DNA of 61,876 nucleotides, the filler included. It is 4 parts of 4 records of this genome, joined end to end, with 100 filler letters (N's around TTAATTAATTAA, not from the genome) between each part and the next. Parts side by side here need not be neighbours in the genome. Positions count along the whole stretch, not along the records: positions 1 to 18,354 come from SRR20825019_3091; positions 18,455 to 34,935 come from SRR20825019_3093; 2 more parts are not named here. The stretch is one strand, 5' to 3'. A program made the position numbers and the translations under genes. Under the pieces are notes generated by a model. The model was not told the origin of the DNA. It was given only the letters and a program-made list of their open reading frames with translations, and did no database searches. Each line of letters starts with the position of its first letter. Positions within the stretch are counted from its first letter, which is position 1. This document shows, one piece after another, positions 12,850 through 25,249 of the stretch.

Positions 12850-15512
12850 TCAAGACTGAGGTCCTGGAGTCAAGTGATTATTCCGGTCCAATAAATTGAC
12901 CTTGAAGAGTTCCGATGGTGCTGCAGGATGGTTGCTAGATATTGGGTCAGTCAATGAAGAAACTAATATTCACTTAGCACATACAACGCGACCAAAACGC
13001 TCATGTGGAAGCCTCGATGGGGATCTCCTCTAAGACTCTGGACAAACAAGTTCGACTCGCTCGAAAGTTCGACATCACATAACTGTCTTCCATTGCTTGA
13101 AGAGTAGAGTCTCACGATATTCTCCTCACAGCACCCTGTGATGACGTAGTCTCTGTAGAGGTGGTGGTTGGAACAAGTTGGAGGACGATAATGCCAAACC
13201 ATACCTATTGTTGCAATAGTATGAGCGGGTATAGTTGTGTGAACTGTCCCGCTTCGGAATGTCGAATGCAGTATGCAAACTTCCGTCGCTAGTACGGAAT
13301 TGCTTCACTTCATTGTCGATTGCAGAGCTACACAAACAATCAAGTCAACCCATGGAACTGCCCTTCACTTAAACCATCCCACCTGAGCAAGTACATGTCA
13401 TCTGGAGAGAATATCACCATAACATTTCCTCCCTCCGACCGTGTTGTAAACACTGGCTCATTGGGGGACCGGATGTCCCACATCTTCACAGTTGCATCGA
13501 AGGAAGACGTCGCAAATAGGTGAGGGGAGTGATTTGAAAACTTAGACACTACGAAAGAAGGTCACAAACTAGGTCTCTGATTGAGTCCCGTTAATTACCA
13601 TTAATATGTTCTTCATGGATGCCCTTGAATTCGTGAACCACTATTCCATTCTTCAGATCAAAAATTCTTGCATTCCGGGTGTGGCCACCTGAAAATCAGG
13701 ATTACTGAACAGCTCTGGGAAAATGAGGATGAAGGGATGGCCTACTTGACAATACCAACGAGTCATTACTATTCACGCTGACAGATGTCAACTGCGAAAA
13801 CCTTGAATATTGAACCAAAGCAGGTTTCTTTGCCTTGACATCGTCAATGTCATGTAGATGAAGCGCACCATTGTCTTGTCTGTTGCAATGGTCAGCTGTG
13901 ATCATGCGAAATGCATAACCGAGCATACCCCGCGACAAACTTCTTATCGTCAGTCCGGAGCCACGCCAGGCCCAACACAACAGATCTAGACCTTTGCAGA
14001 GTTAGACAAACGACTAGCATGCTCGGATTCTTCACATACCCTTGTGGGCTGTGAACATGCCCAAGCACCCTATTGGTGTCATGGTTGACAATATATGTAT
14101 GGCCCTCCCTCGTTCCAATAACCATCAAATGCTCGACATTTGGATGGTACTCGAACTGCCGAGGCTTATATCGAGCCGGGCACAACACCGCACAAGTAGC
14201 ATATGGGCTCAAGCCCTGTCGCCGTGCTGTTAGCAATACTCGCAACTCCGATGTTAACACTAACCTGCAGTGATGCCTCCGCATCCCTCGAAAACGCAAC
14301 GTTTGGCACAACTCTCCCATCGGATGACCCCCCCAGTGCAACCTTCGTTCCTCCCTCCCCTCTATACCCACGACCATGCGCCCCAAGCTCCCGCGCTGCG
14401 AGAACCCTGTGTCGCCCCAATAAGCGCCTCGATTCATCTATGTCACAGGCAAAATACCTCTGAACATTGGGTCGTACGCGGCGGCCATATGGAACTGACT
14501 CGAACTTTGACATCATTAATCTAGATGCCAGTGCTCGTTCCTCTGCCGATATACTAATCCCATCTAAAGACACAAGGTTCGGAAGCGCATTGATGAGATA
14601 CTCTCTATAGCAGGGAAACGATGTCAAGGGGGTGCGGGATCGAGATTCACGCGACTCCAAGTTCATCCTATTCACACAGTGAGTGCAGTTCCAAACAAAC
14701 ATATGAATGGAATCAGACCTCGTAACTTGAACAGCAACTCTCTGTACCACTGCGCTGTCCGCCTGCCACTCCGCAGGGTTGGCCAGGGCCTCCACCTCCA
14801 CATCCGCCATATCAACTTGCATCACGCCCGCAGGAGCATCCCCGCGGCTTGAAGCAGGCATTCTTCCTGGTACGGACTCCATCGGCATCCTTCCAGGAAG
14901 AGTTTCTACTGTACGAATAGGGAGGGACTCTGCAGTGCGAGGCCTTTCCATTGTATTAGGCCGTTCAAACGAACTCATGTACGAGCTACTAAACGTATTC
15001 GCAGTTTCCCCCCAGCTACACAACCGTCAGCGACCGGAACAAACCAGCACTCAAGTCCACACCTTGAGTCAACGCCGGAAGGTTGCGACGCTCCAGGTTC
15101 GGACAAAAATCTGAGGTGCTCCAAGGCCTTGAGTTTCTTTAAGGCATATACAGTTGCGCCCATATTGGAAATCTGCGCATACGTAGCACGACTCAGAGAC
15201 CTTATCCAAAAGGACACCCAAGATCACTACCTGAGTCTCTGACAGTGAAAGTTGTTTAAGGTTTTTGTACCCTTCAAGGCGACTTGATATCAGCCTCTTC
15301 AATGGGTTCCCGTCTAGTAGCAAACATTCCGCGGTCCTGGTTTCTATCGGAAGGTCATCAAGTGACTGTAATCTTTGACGACGGAAGTCCAGGCAGACCG
15401 TGACTAGGTCACACGGCCCGCCTATTTCTCCTCGGTCCTCCACTGTGACTGTCTACGAGAGCGTGCACCAAATAGAACGGACCTTCTTTGTATCTCACAT
15501 TCTCACAGCCAT
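12850..15512 (-). CDS. DHU1: LRR + WD40 protein, homolog of plant DWD HYPERSENSITIVE TO UV-B 1
   Basis: N-terminal LRRs with LRRcap (YREYLINALPNLVSLDG); WD40 motifs KPRQFEYHP, VLGLAWL, FSNHSPHLFATSSFD, GNVMVIFSPDD, NYTRSYY, FVQSLRGDP, KVNLL as recalled for the DHU1 family; many short introns; start tentative. Confidence 0.75.
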
Positions 15513-15549
15513 GAGTGGTCTCAATATTTGATATGAGACGCGACGACGT

Positions 15550-16400
15550 GACGCTGGGTGGACCAGCACCAAGCCGCTCAGTTCTGAGGCTCGGGTGCGG
15601 GCCGCGCCGGAGTTCTCTACATGTGCCGGTGAGCAGATGGCCGAGCTGTCAGCCAAGCCGACCCTGGGCCGTGGTTCCGGCGGCCATTGGTACGGCCGGT
15701 CCCAGGGTCCGACCCGGCGCCACCGGCCGGTCCGCCAACCAGTTGGGGTGCTTCGCCGGGCACCAGTCCTCCCATGCGCGCCGCGCGGCCCAAGCCCCCG
15801 CCGCTTGCGGCAGTGCAGCACTGCACGCAGCCCGAATGCCCGATCATTCGGGAGCCAACCGGAGCACACCTGTCCGTGGGGACGCGGTACTCTCGGTGAT
15901 TGCTGAGGCTCGTTCAGCAGCGGGAGTGGTGAGGCCCGAAAAAAAATTGCCATTGCTTTCGGAGCCGTTTGGGGTCATGTTGACTTAGAAGTCGTGTCGG
16001 TTTCTCGGGGACTCCAAACTCTCACCCTACTCAGTCTCGTTCACCTGGGGACCGGACACTCTGACACGCGCACCGGGCCCCCCCCGGCGCGCACTGGGCG
16101 TAGCCGGGCCCGCAACGGACGGCCCGGGGCGGCGCCGGCCCGGCCGGGCCCGGCGACCGCGTCGGGCTCGCTGACTTGGCGGTCCGGTGGGTCCCACTCC
16201 GCTCTGGCGTCGCCCCCCGGCGCGGCGTCCCTTGCTCCGCCGTGGCCGCGCACACCACCGCCCCGCCCGGCTGCCGGGACAGCGCTGGCCGGCCCGCCGC
16301 CGTGGGACCGCGCCCTGAGACTGAGGGTCGGTCGGGTGCGACGGGCTTGCATCCATGACTGCTGCCCAGCCCGGTTTTACGCACCTGCCACAAGCCAATT
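15550..16400. promoter_or_regulatory. GC-rich intergenic island, probable bidirectional promoter
   Basis: Between the divergent DHU1-like and IDO-like genes; CCGG/GGCC and CTGAG/TGAC words. Confidence 0.5.
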
Positions 16401-16536
16401 CTGGTAACTCTTGTTGTGAGGCTATGGACATGGCACCCCAAGGAGGACTGTTATTAGTATGACACGTACAAGATTCAGTTTCGCCCGCAGCGAGTACTTC
16501 ATTGGGATAGAAATGTTGTTACTCTGACGGGGTTCC

Positions 16537-18354
16537 ATGGTTTTTCAAGGAACTGCTCGTGTTGGTCTTGTCCGCGCCGTGGTAGCGCTGGCTGTGTTTG
16601 TTGCGGCCTCTACATGCACAAGCAAATGTTATCAAGGAGATCTGGCAGAATATGATATGTGCATACCGCAGCACCTAGAGGTTGTTGACTCTGAGGGTAG
16701 CGACGACAAAGTGGACGTGTTTGTGTCTAATGCAGGCGTCCAAACATTGGATGCTTTTCTGCAAGAGTGTCAAGAAAAGCGGGAAGCATGCAATGTTGAA
16801 GGTTGTGTCACTTTTGATCGTGGCCTGCTCCCTGTTACTGGGACTCCGGCAAGCTTTGGAAACAGTGTATTTCGCCTGTGGGACCGGGCAATAGCTCACC
16901 TTCCTGACAATATTTTGAAAGGAAATCTTGAGTCTGCTTTCGGAAACCTGGAAATATTAGATATTGATCGCATTTGTGACAAGGACGAAGAAATACAAGA
17001 ACTTATGACCTCTGATCCCGTTTGTATTCCCCAAGAGTACTTGCCAAGGGCGCATGGTATTTTGTCGTATTTGGCTGCTGCATATATGTATCGCGATACT
17101 ACAGTTTTCGCAGAGGAATCAATGAGAGCCGAGTCTCCACGCCTCTTCCTCCCAGATGAAATATCGATCCCACTGAATCGTGTCGCTGTTCTTTCGGGGA
17201 GACTTAATGCAGATGAGATACTGGAGAGGCCACGGAGCAATAGAAGTTTTAGCTGGCATGATATGTTCACGAACAACTTTATAGATGAGGGTTATGACTC
17301 AGCAGATGAAACTGTTGTTCAATGGGATACCTTTAAGTTGGCTTTCAGGTTCACCAACTTGGAGTGTGAGAGGCGCTTCATTGGAATCACTGTTGCCCCA
17401 ACCCAACAATTTGGGAGGGTTATAGAGGACATGTCAGATGGGCTGAAGGTCATTCGGACGATTTTGGTCAGTCAGAGGGCGAGTCTGCTCAGAGGCTTGC
17501 TCCATCAGCCCGAGAACTTCCGCATGTTGTCCAAACATTTCACCCGAATTGCCGATACCGTTGGTGGACCAAGCGGGATGATAGCTGCCTTCGATGATAT
17601 GAATGACGAGTGAGTGATGTGATGCAACTATGGGAGTCCATTGCCTAAACAGCTAATGTGCAGAAATTGTGACCCTGTTGATTGGTGGAACAAAGTCGCC
17701 GTTTGGGCCCAGGTTGGTATCCAGTACGAGCAGAGAGTGCGTTTCGGAAAGCTAATGATGTTATAAGGCACCCTACCCAGACACTGGTCCAAATGGCCTG
17801 CAATTTGTGCCGGTGTTGGCAATGGATGTGTTCTTCCGGAGGCAGCTGGCAGCATCCGATCTGGCGAGGTCCATTGAGAAGAATATGGCCCAATTAGCGC
17901 CTAGGCATCGAAGGTTTATTGAAGTCTTGAAAGAGGAGGTCAATGTTCCAGAGTTTATGGATCTAGTTAACAAGTGGATCCGGGAGGTACGCGTGGCTCA
18001 TCGTGATGATACACACTTGCTGACGAAGCGGCTTCACGTTCGCAGTATGAACAATATGAGATGTCGAATTCCTTGGACGCAAGTGGCCTGGTGATGCTAA
18101 AGGAGATGAGATGGTGCCGAGAGAGCTATAATGATGCAGTGAACGCCCACCGCCGTTGGTATGCTGTCCCTTTGGCACGCCGAACAGTTTACCTAATTCT
18201 AATCATATGTCCAGGCTGGAGAAGCATCTAGCAAAAGCATCTTATTATATATCGATTGGGGTCAAAGACGGATTGCCTCGAGCGACATCGGGAGGTACAT
18301 ATCACACAGGAAGCGGGGAACCACGAAATATCAATCATGCAGGCGGGGGAGATG
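16537..18354 (+). CDS. indoleamine 2,3-dioxygenase/PrnB superfamily heme protein with signal peptide; truncated by contig end
   Basis: Spliced product has RAHGILSYLAAAY, CDPVDWW, GPNGLQFVPVLAMDVFF, LAPRHRRFI, ESYNDAVNAHRRWLEKHL..YYI and ATSGGT, colinear with IDO motifs (GGSAGQ, MPPAHRNFL, LRSYHL..KYI, GTGGT). Confidence 0.7.
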
Positions 18355-18454
18355 NNNNNNNNNNNNNNNNNNNNNNNNNNNNNNNNNNNNNNNNNNNNTT
18401 AATTAATTAANNNNNNNNNNNNNNNNNNNNNNNNNNNNNNNNNNNNNNNNNNNN
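18355..18454. other. artificial contig linker
   Basis: 44 N + TTAATTAATTAA (stops in all six frames) + 44 N. Confidence 0.98.
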
Positions 18455-19139
18455 TGGCAGCAGTGCCTTGACCGGACCCGATCCTGCCAAGGCCTCAGCA
18501 ATTCACGGCTATCCTACGAAAAATGCCACCGAAATAGTTGAACAAGGCGTATCAGCCCATGCCGCTGAAGATGGATTGGTACATGACAAAGCTGACATTT
18601 CAAAGGATGTTCGCATCCCTGCTGGTACTGAAGGCAATACACCTCCACGTCATGAGAGTGCGCCGAACAATACACCATCCTCCCCTGCCGCGCTTGTGAA
18701 GAGTCCCATTGCGGCTAGTGAAATGACAAGCACACTTGGACGGATGCCCGTTCAAGAGCCATTCGTAGCTCCTCCCGCTCTTGTAAAAAGCCCTGTCGCT
18801 CCTGACCACGTGAAAGATGTGGCGAGCATAGGTCTTGACACTGCTTCGTCAAATCTCACTTCGCAGTCAGAGAAGAGCAAAAGCCAGGATCACCTAGAGG
18901 CCAAGAAACATGTCCAATTTGGCCAGAGTGACGAGATCGAGGCTTCTCGTGAAGTCGACGACGAGCCTCCACAAAGCAGCGACAGGGCGTCTTCTGCTGC
19001 GGACACCGAGGCCCTATTGTCAAAATCTGCAGGAGATGCTGATGAGGGCGACCACTCCGAGGAGGACGAGGATGGGTCCGAAGAGGAGGATGAGTCTGAC
19101 AACTCGTCGGTAAATGCAGAGGAGTATGACTCTTGTTAA
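18455..19139 (+). CDS. 3' part of a low-complexity acidic protein (5' truncated)
   Basis: Open frame near contig start; ALVKSP occurs twice; D/E-rich C-terminus. Confidence 0.6.
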
Positions 19140-19290
19140 GCCCAGAGCACAGAACGAAATAAAGGCAACAACCTTGAACACTTCCAAAGATTGTCTCCCT
19201 ACCCTTCATGTATTAACGATCTACCAAGGCGACACCAGCACAGCAGCCGCAAATGCCATGGCGACCCTGGCTATAATAGAACTGGTCATA

Positions 19291-20147
19291 TTACTCTATA
19301 GAAACGGATCAGCACTGTACCAAGACCAGCAATACATGACCATACTCTTTGCGTAAGTGATGTGCATCAAGTTTGTGGGCGTGATCTTGAAGTTCTGTAA
19401 TCCATTCATTGCCTCAGTAGATACCACCTCAGACTCGAACTCCACAAACGCAATTCCTGACTTGCCCGGGACCAAACGGGCCTCCCTAAACCCTTCAAAC
19501 TGCTGGAAAAGCATGCTAAGCATGAGATCATTGCACTCATTCGGAAGATTCTGAACAAAGAGAATCTTATTGGGCTCAGCAGGTGCTTCAGATTTCTTGT
19601 TTGCAGCCTTATTTCCGTTGAGTGCGGCCTTTTGAGCAGCATCAGAGGCGGATGACTCTTTCTTGGTTTTCTTCTGCACTTGGTCTTCTGCAATAGAAAC
19701 ATATTAAACCACACACGTTAAGATTATTATACCCGAACAGAATACCAGTGCGTTCCGACGCCTTCTTTTCGTCCCGCTTCCTCTTCTGATCTTCGTAAGT
19801 TCCATCAATCCTTGCAACAGCATCTGACTTCGACTTCGCGTATGCAATTTTCTACACGATGCTAAGCATTTCCACATAACAAACAAACAAGCACGAAATC
19901 ATACCATTGGCTTATCCATAAAAGGGTGATCCTGCATCTCGCGAAGAGCATTGGTGGCTGAGGAAACATCCTCAAACACAATAAACGCCTGCCCGCGCAT
20001 TTTCAACGTTTTCAATGCTACGACATCCAAAATGCGTCCGAACTTTGAGAAGCAGTTATACAACTCCTTCTTCAGCTCTTCCTTCTTAGTCTTCTCGTTC
20101 AGGTTTTGCACATAAATGGTTTGGCACGGCGGATTGTCAGCCTCCAT
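19291..20147 (-). CDS. SNRPA: U1A/U2B'' (SNF-family) snRNP protein with two RRMs
   Basis: [37 protein letters not shown]; final intron 19296-19345 gives the canonical TYAKK-stop; cannot separate U1A from U2B''. Confidence 0.9.
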
Positions 20148-20299
20148 TTCGTTTAGTGGGGTGAGACGGCCAGCACAACTCCTACAACAAGTAAACCACA
20201 CGTTTCTATCAATAGCAAAAGCTAAAACGAAACTAATTAACTGAGCCAAACAGGCAGGTTCAGCTCTGGTAAGTTCGGCCAACGGGCCTTGCTTCGTGC

Positions 20300-20960
20300 G
20301 CGAAAATTTTCGCAAGTGGCCGGGGAGGAGCAGCGATCATCGGCAGCGCTCGGCCCGTCCGGCTGTGACTGAGTGCAGCCCGGCGGTCCGGACGCTGCCG
20401 CTCACCGCAGCTCAGGCCGGTTCCGTTCGGATCATCTGGCCTTGAAGGCAACCAAATGAAGGCGCTCCCGAGGCCGCACTGGGCCGGCCTGAACTGGGCC
20501 TGGGCGCCCGGAGGCAGTGAGTCGATCGCCGGACGGTGGCCGGGCCAGAGTTTGTCGGGGGTGTCCCGTCCTCCGTGTCCGTCCGCCGCGCCGGCCCGCG
20601 CCGGCCCGCGCCGGCCAGGGTGGCTCCGGCGCCCGGCTGACAGTCGCGGCCCCCCGAGGCGGGGGCCGCCGCCGGCCGTGCCGGCACGGCGCACTAACAC
20701 GGTCGTCGGCGCCGGGACGCTGATCAGACCTGGTCGGTGCTCATCAATATAGCGAAATATCTGGTCATAATGAACCATGCAGGAACGGCGTCTACGACGC
20801 TCTGACAACTTCCGCAGGCCGGCAACCGGCTATGAACCCCAAACATGAGCGCACCCACTGAAGTTCGTCGCCCGCCGGGCCCGTGCGAGCCCCGGGCGCC
20901 TCCACCTCGGGCACGCCGGCCGCGCCGCGGCACCGGTCGACCCCGCGCTAGAGCATGGCA
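20300..20960. promoter_or_regulatory. GC-rich intergenic island, probable bidirectional promoter
   Basis: Between the divergent snRNP and thioesterase genes. Confidence 0.5.
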
Positions 20961-21063
20961 GCTAGTGCCTATGCAGTTGCAGTTGGGCACAGTTGTTGGG
21001 TTAAGTGATATTTCTAACGCTAATATTATGGAGCTCTCTACAATTAACATATACTGTGTCAAG

Positions 21064-22283
21064 ATGAACTTTCGAGACTTTGCAGCTCGCAAGATACAAA
21101 AGGGGGAAGTTGGACAGACATCTCAAACAGCTGTGGCTGCATCTCTGGCAGTTTCAAAGTCGGACGCTTCGATGTTCCCTCCTGAAAGTTCCCCAACAAC
21201 CTCAAATAAACGGGTAAGTAGGCGTCTAGATGAAATTGAAAACGCGGACCAAGATATCAGCGAACTGGACTCTGCTCCGGTTGTTGAAGAAGGCCACAGC
21301 TTCAGCTCTTTCATGAGGATGAAGATATCCCAGAAAGGGGTGAGCCATGACAGTAGTAACTCCAGCGGCCCATGGGTGAGTTACGTAGTGTGATTTGATG
21401 TGGACCTCCTTACATGTTGCGCGAAGCCACTGTCCAACAAGGGCGAAAGAAGTGTGGACTCGGCTACCTCATCACCGCAGAAGCCCCTTCCAAAATCCCC
21501 ATGGCTTGTGGCGAACCCCGAGAAAAACAAGTCTGGAAAGGATCGACTCTTTTGCTTCCACTTTGCTGGTGGCAACGCGAACGTATACAAGTCTTGGTTC
21601 GACCTTTTTGTTGATATCGAAGTAATTGCCATTGAGCTTCCTGGACGTGGACGGAGGATGGGGTATGCCGGATCATACATATCGATATTTATTCTAACCT
21701 TAGGTGCTGCAGTGAACCTTTAGTCAACGATCTTTCAGTTCTGACAAAGGACCTTGTGGAGTCTGCGAAAGATGCTTTCACTGGCAGGTTCTCGTTTTAT
21801 GGACACAGTATGGGATCTTTGGTCGCATATGAGACAGCACGTTACTTGCAGAGTCAATGTGGGATTTCTCCATTGAACCTATTCGTTGGTGCCCAGGAGG
21901 CCCCTCAGCTGACTAACCCCAACGTTGATTTGACAAATGGCGACGGTCCGATCATTGATATGCTTCGTCAAACAGGCAGCATGGGAGAAGAGGAGTTGTG
22001 CAACCAAGACCTTGTCGAGCTTATCCTGCCGATAATTCGTGCTGACCTTACGGTTGAGACAAATTACAAACACACAAAGGAGCCACTGTTGAAGTGTCCT
22101 ATCACGTCAATCGGCGGGAACAAGGACGAAAGGTTGCACAAAGGCATGCTTGAACCTTGGGCAGAAACTACAAGTGACAAATTTTCACTTGAAATGATTC
22201 GCGGTCCCCATATTTTTATTAATGAGAGGGAAGCCATGGAGCGGGTTCAAGACATTATCAAGACGGCACTGGCACGGAAGTGA
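21064..22283 (+). CDS. stand-alone type II thioesterase (GrsT/OLAH-like) with N-terminal extension
   Basis: RLFCFHFAGG, IELPGRGRR, GHSMG nucleophile elbow, IIRADL, GPHIF; introns 21376-21426 and 21663-21711 keep the frame. Confidence 0.85.
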
Positions 22284-24990
22284 GTGTGCTGAAGTCGTAG
22301 GCCGATGGCGTCTGGCTTGTGTGCTGTCAAGCACAGTGCTGTGTGGAGACGGGTATCTGCACCCATATTACAGTGGGGCGCAACTCTGGTACAGCGCACA
22401 CTGCCATGCTGGTGTTAGACAACGTCGAGAAAGTGTCGAGATTGGTCACTTACAAATAGTTCAGGCTCGCATACAGTATTGGCTCGTGCAAAGAATATCG
22501 CGACGAAGAGCAGTCCAACAGAGTGGTATACAGCAGTTATCCCCAGCCGCCGTAGCCCGTGCCAAACTTGCTCTTGCAAGAAAATACGCTCGTACCCTTC
22601 CCCATTATCTTCCTGCGCAAGCAGTGAGTTGTGGACACACTGTCAGGTGAACTGGATTGTACCTCCATAAATATGTCGATCATAATGGCGACAACCACGT
22701 TGATGATGGCGGCCAAGTAGACCAGAACACCCCATGCAATCAGTGGTGGGCTGATCAAACCTTCTGAACATAATAAATGTGAGGGACATATCCACCAAGT
22801 TTGCAATTCCAACGTACGACTGAAGTCATCATCTCCGTAATAAGCATGCGCCGTATGCTTCCTGTGAGGTGGCAGAAAGATTGACATGACAGTCTCCACT
22901 GAACAGTGCGCCATTCCGCGCGCAGTGGCGGGTGACCGCGTCATGTGTAATAGCCAATAGAAGAATCCCGCAGACAATATGTACAATACCACCAAGGCAA
23001 TAGCGTTGCGCTTCATCAAACGAATAGTGTTCACGATCTTGTTCCCACACGAGTTCACAGTACCAAGGCAGCCCTCTTCCTCTTCGAACATTCGAAGATA
23101 GCCTGAGACAGCACAATAAGTGCCATGATTCTGCAGAGTCTGTGCAAACTCACTTTCGTCTTCGTCAACGGACACATTACTCTCCCGGCGCGGACGTTGT
23201 TCCAATTGAAGGCATCTTTCATATGTCTCTGCCGTTGGGTTGTCATTCGTCTGGGGATGGTCAGCGCTGGACACCGAGAGAGCGCACACGCATTACCTGG
23301 CGGAAGAAAAGCATATATGCCTTTTGTGAAAGCACTTCCTCAATGTCGACTTTGGATATTCTTTGTTGCGCTGTTAGAGGCCGCTTACCACTACCCACAA
23401 CCCATACATACCTCGAATCATTCATTAAATACCACCCACCGCCTTCATTCCCCTCTGCTGTTTTCGAGCTACCCAAAACATCAATCTCCAATCATCGATG
23501 GATTCTTGGAATTCCTACCTCTTGTCCACCTTAACATAGCAAACATAGTGGCCACTACTCATGCTCCATCCAATGTGAACAATGACAGCATAAAGCTCAT
23601 AAAGCTTTGGGATATTTTCCTCACAACTCATGTACTTCGATAGGTCCAACCATTCATCAAAGGCCACGCTGTGATTCAACTTTCGCGGAGAAAAGAAGCC
23701 TCCCACCTTGAATCTTTTAAGATGGATCGTGAGAACTTTGGGGGGCTCATATATTGTAAATCGCTTTGTCGCATCCGTGTATTCTTTGCACTGGATTGCA
23801 AATCTGTTAAAAGTCCGGGGACAAGCAGGGATAAGTCAACATACCTTTTCACATTGATATTGACCTCCCCCTAACTCTTCTTCATCTGTGAACATCCTTA
23901 AGGCAGAATAAATACTGCTTGTCCTATTGATATCTAAGGATATATCCAAGAAAGGATCATGGCACTTTGAAACGTAACCACATGTTCCACAAGTAACTTG
24001 ACTCTCGAATCTGCCACCAAAGAGCTGAGATATAAATGTCGTCCTTTGAATATACGAAGGGAACTTGTGTCTGTGCTCTTCTAAGCAGCCAGTGTGCATG
24101 GCATCAACCAGATAACGCGCAAACTCATGAGCGTCCTCCTGCTCCCCAAAACGGAAGTTCTTTCCAATAGACTGCAAATTTTTTAGAATATCCTCAGGTA
24201 TTACTACACTCTCCTGAAACTAGAGTCAATCGTCATGGACTCGAGCTACTGCAAAGCCACGAACCTGACTCAGCCGTGACGTAGCAGCAAGCTCTTCGAT
24301 GGAACACATTGCACACCACTTTGACCTACGACAAGCCTGCTTCCAACGTCAAGGACGTATTCAAGAACAAATGTTTTAGCGCCTTACCCGGGAGTGTGTT
24401 TCCTTTAGACAGTAGTTTACAAGAGGCGTTGTATGTAGGAGACTTTGCATGACGCTATTTGCAAAACAAGTGTTGCCCATATTCCGCAGACCACAACCCA
24501 CTGGATTCGACTTTTTGTTGAGGGGCTGCTCAAATATTCGATCGAATTGTGAACGCGGGAAAAGATATTGCGATAACGTGGGGGACTGAGGTTGTGTTAA
24601 ATCAAAGCAGTAAGGGAAGTTTCATTGGACTACCTTCGGTGTACTAGAGGGCTTAGAAGTCTCATCATCCCTTTGCTCTTCCTCTGATTCGCTGTCAGAG
24701 CTTCCCTGTACTACAACTTTCCTCTGGGACGAGGCGGTTGAGACCGGGAGTCTCTCTCTAAAGGCTCGTGATGCTGAGCGTGTAACAGGCGAGCTCGCAA
24801 AACGGACGGAGTGGTTCGGCGATCCCTGTTGCCGTGCACCTGAATCTCCTCCTAAACGCCTTTGAGGCTCGACTTCGCTATCACTCGAGCTTGACGCCAC
24901 ACCGCCCGTTCCTGTAGGGATACTGCTGCCCTCCAACGGTCGGGGCATTTGTGTTCCTTCAGAATTAGGAACACTTGACGACCCTGGCAT
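22247..24990 (-). CDS. USP (peptidase C19, USP36/42/17-like) deubiquitinase with C-terminal multi-TM region; stop at 22247 or 22415
   Basis: Cys box GLRNMGNTCFANSVMQ, QEDAHEF, His box YAVIVH..SSGHY, WYLMNDS, AYMLFF; intron 23251-23296 joins in frame to hydrophobic exons. Confidence 0.8.
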
Positions 24991-25249
24991 ACTTCAGCTT
25001 AAGGACAACTTTGTTGTGACAATTGCCCATACTTACGACGTAAGGCCACAGCATCACCCAGGAAGACGATTGACCATTCTAACGTGATTGAGGCTGCTGC
25101 TGGTGCCGGATGTCCCTTTTGCCGCGTCCACGTACGCTCCGCAGATACCGGAAAGGCATGGATTAGTGATGTTCGCTAAGTTGCGCCTCAAACCTGACTG
25201 ACCTCAGCGATCAACCAGCGACAGTTGAAACTGACTCCGATGAGAGACG

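Noticed and set aside
18399-18410. TTAATTAATTAA palindrome, also in the linkers at 34980 and 43044
   Set aside because: Six-frame stop spacer inside N padding; an assembly artefact.
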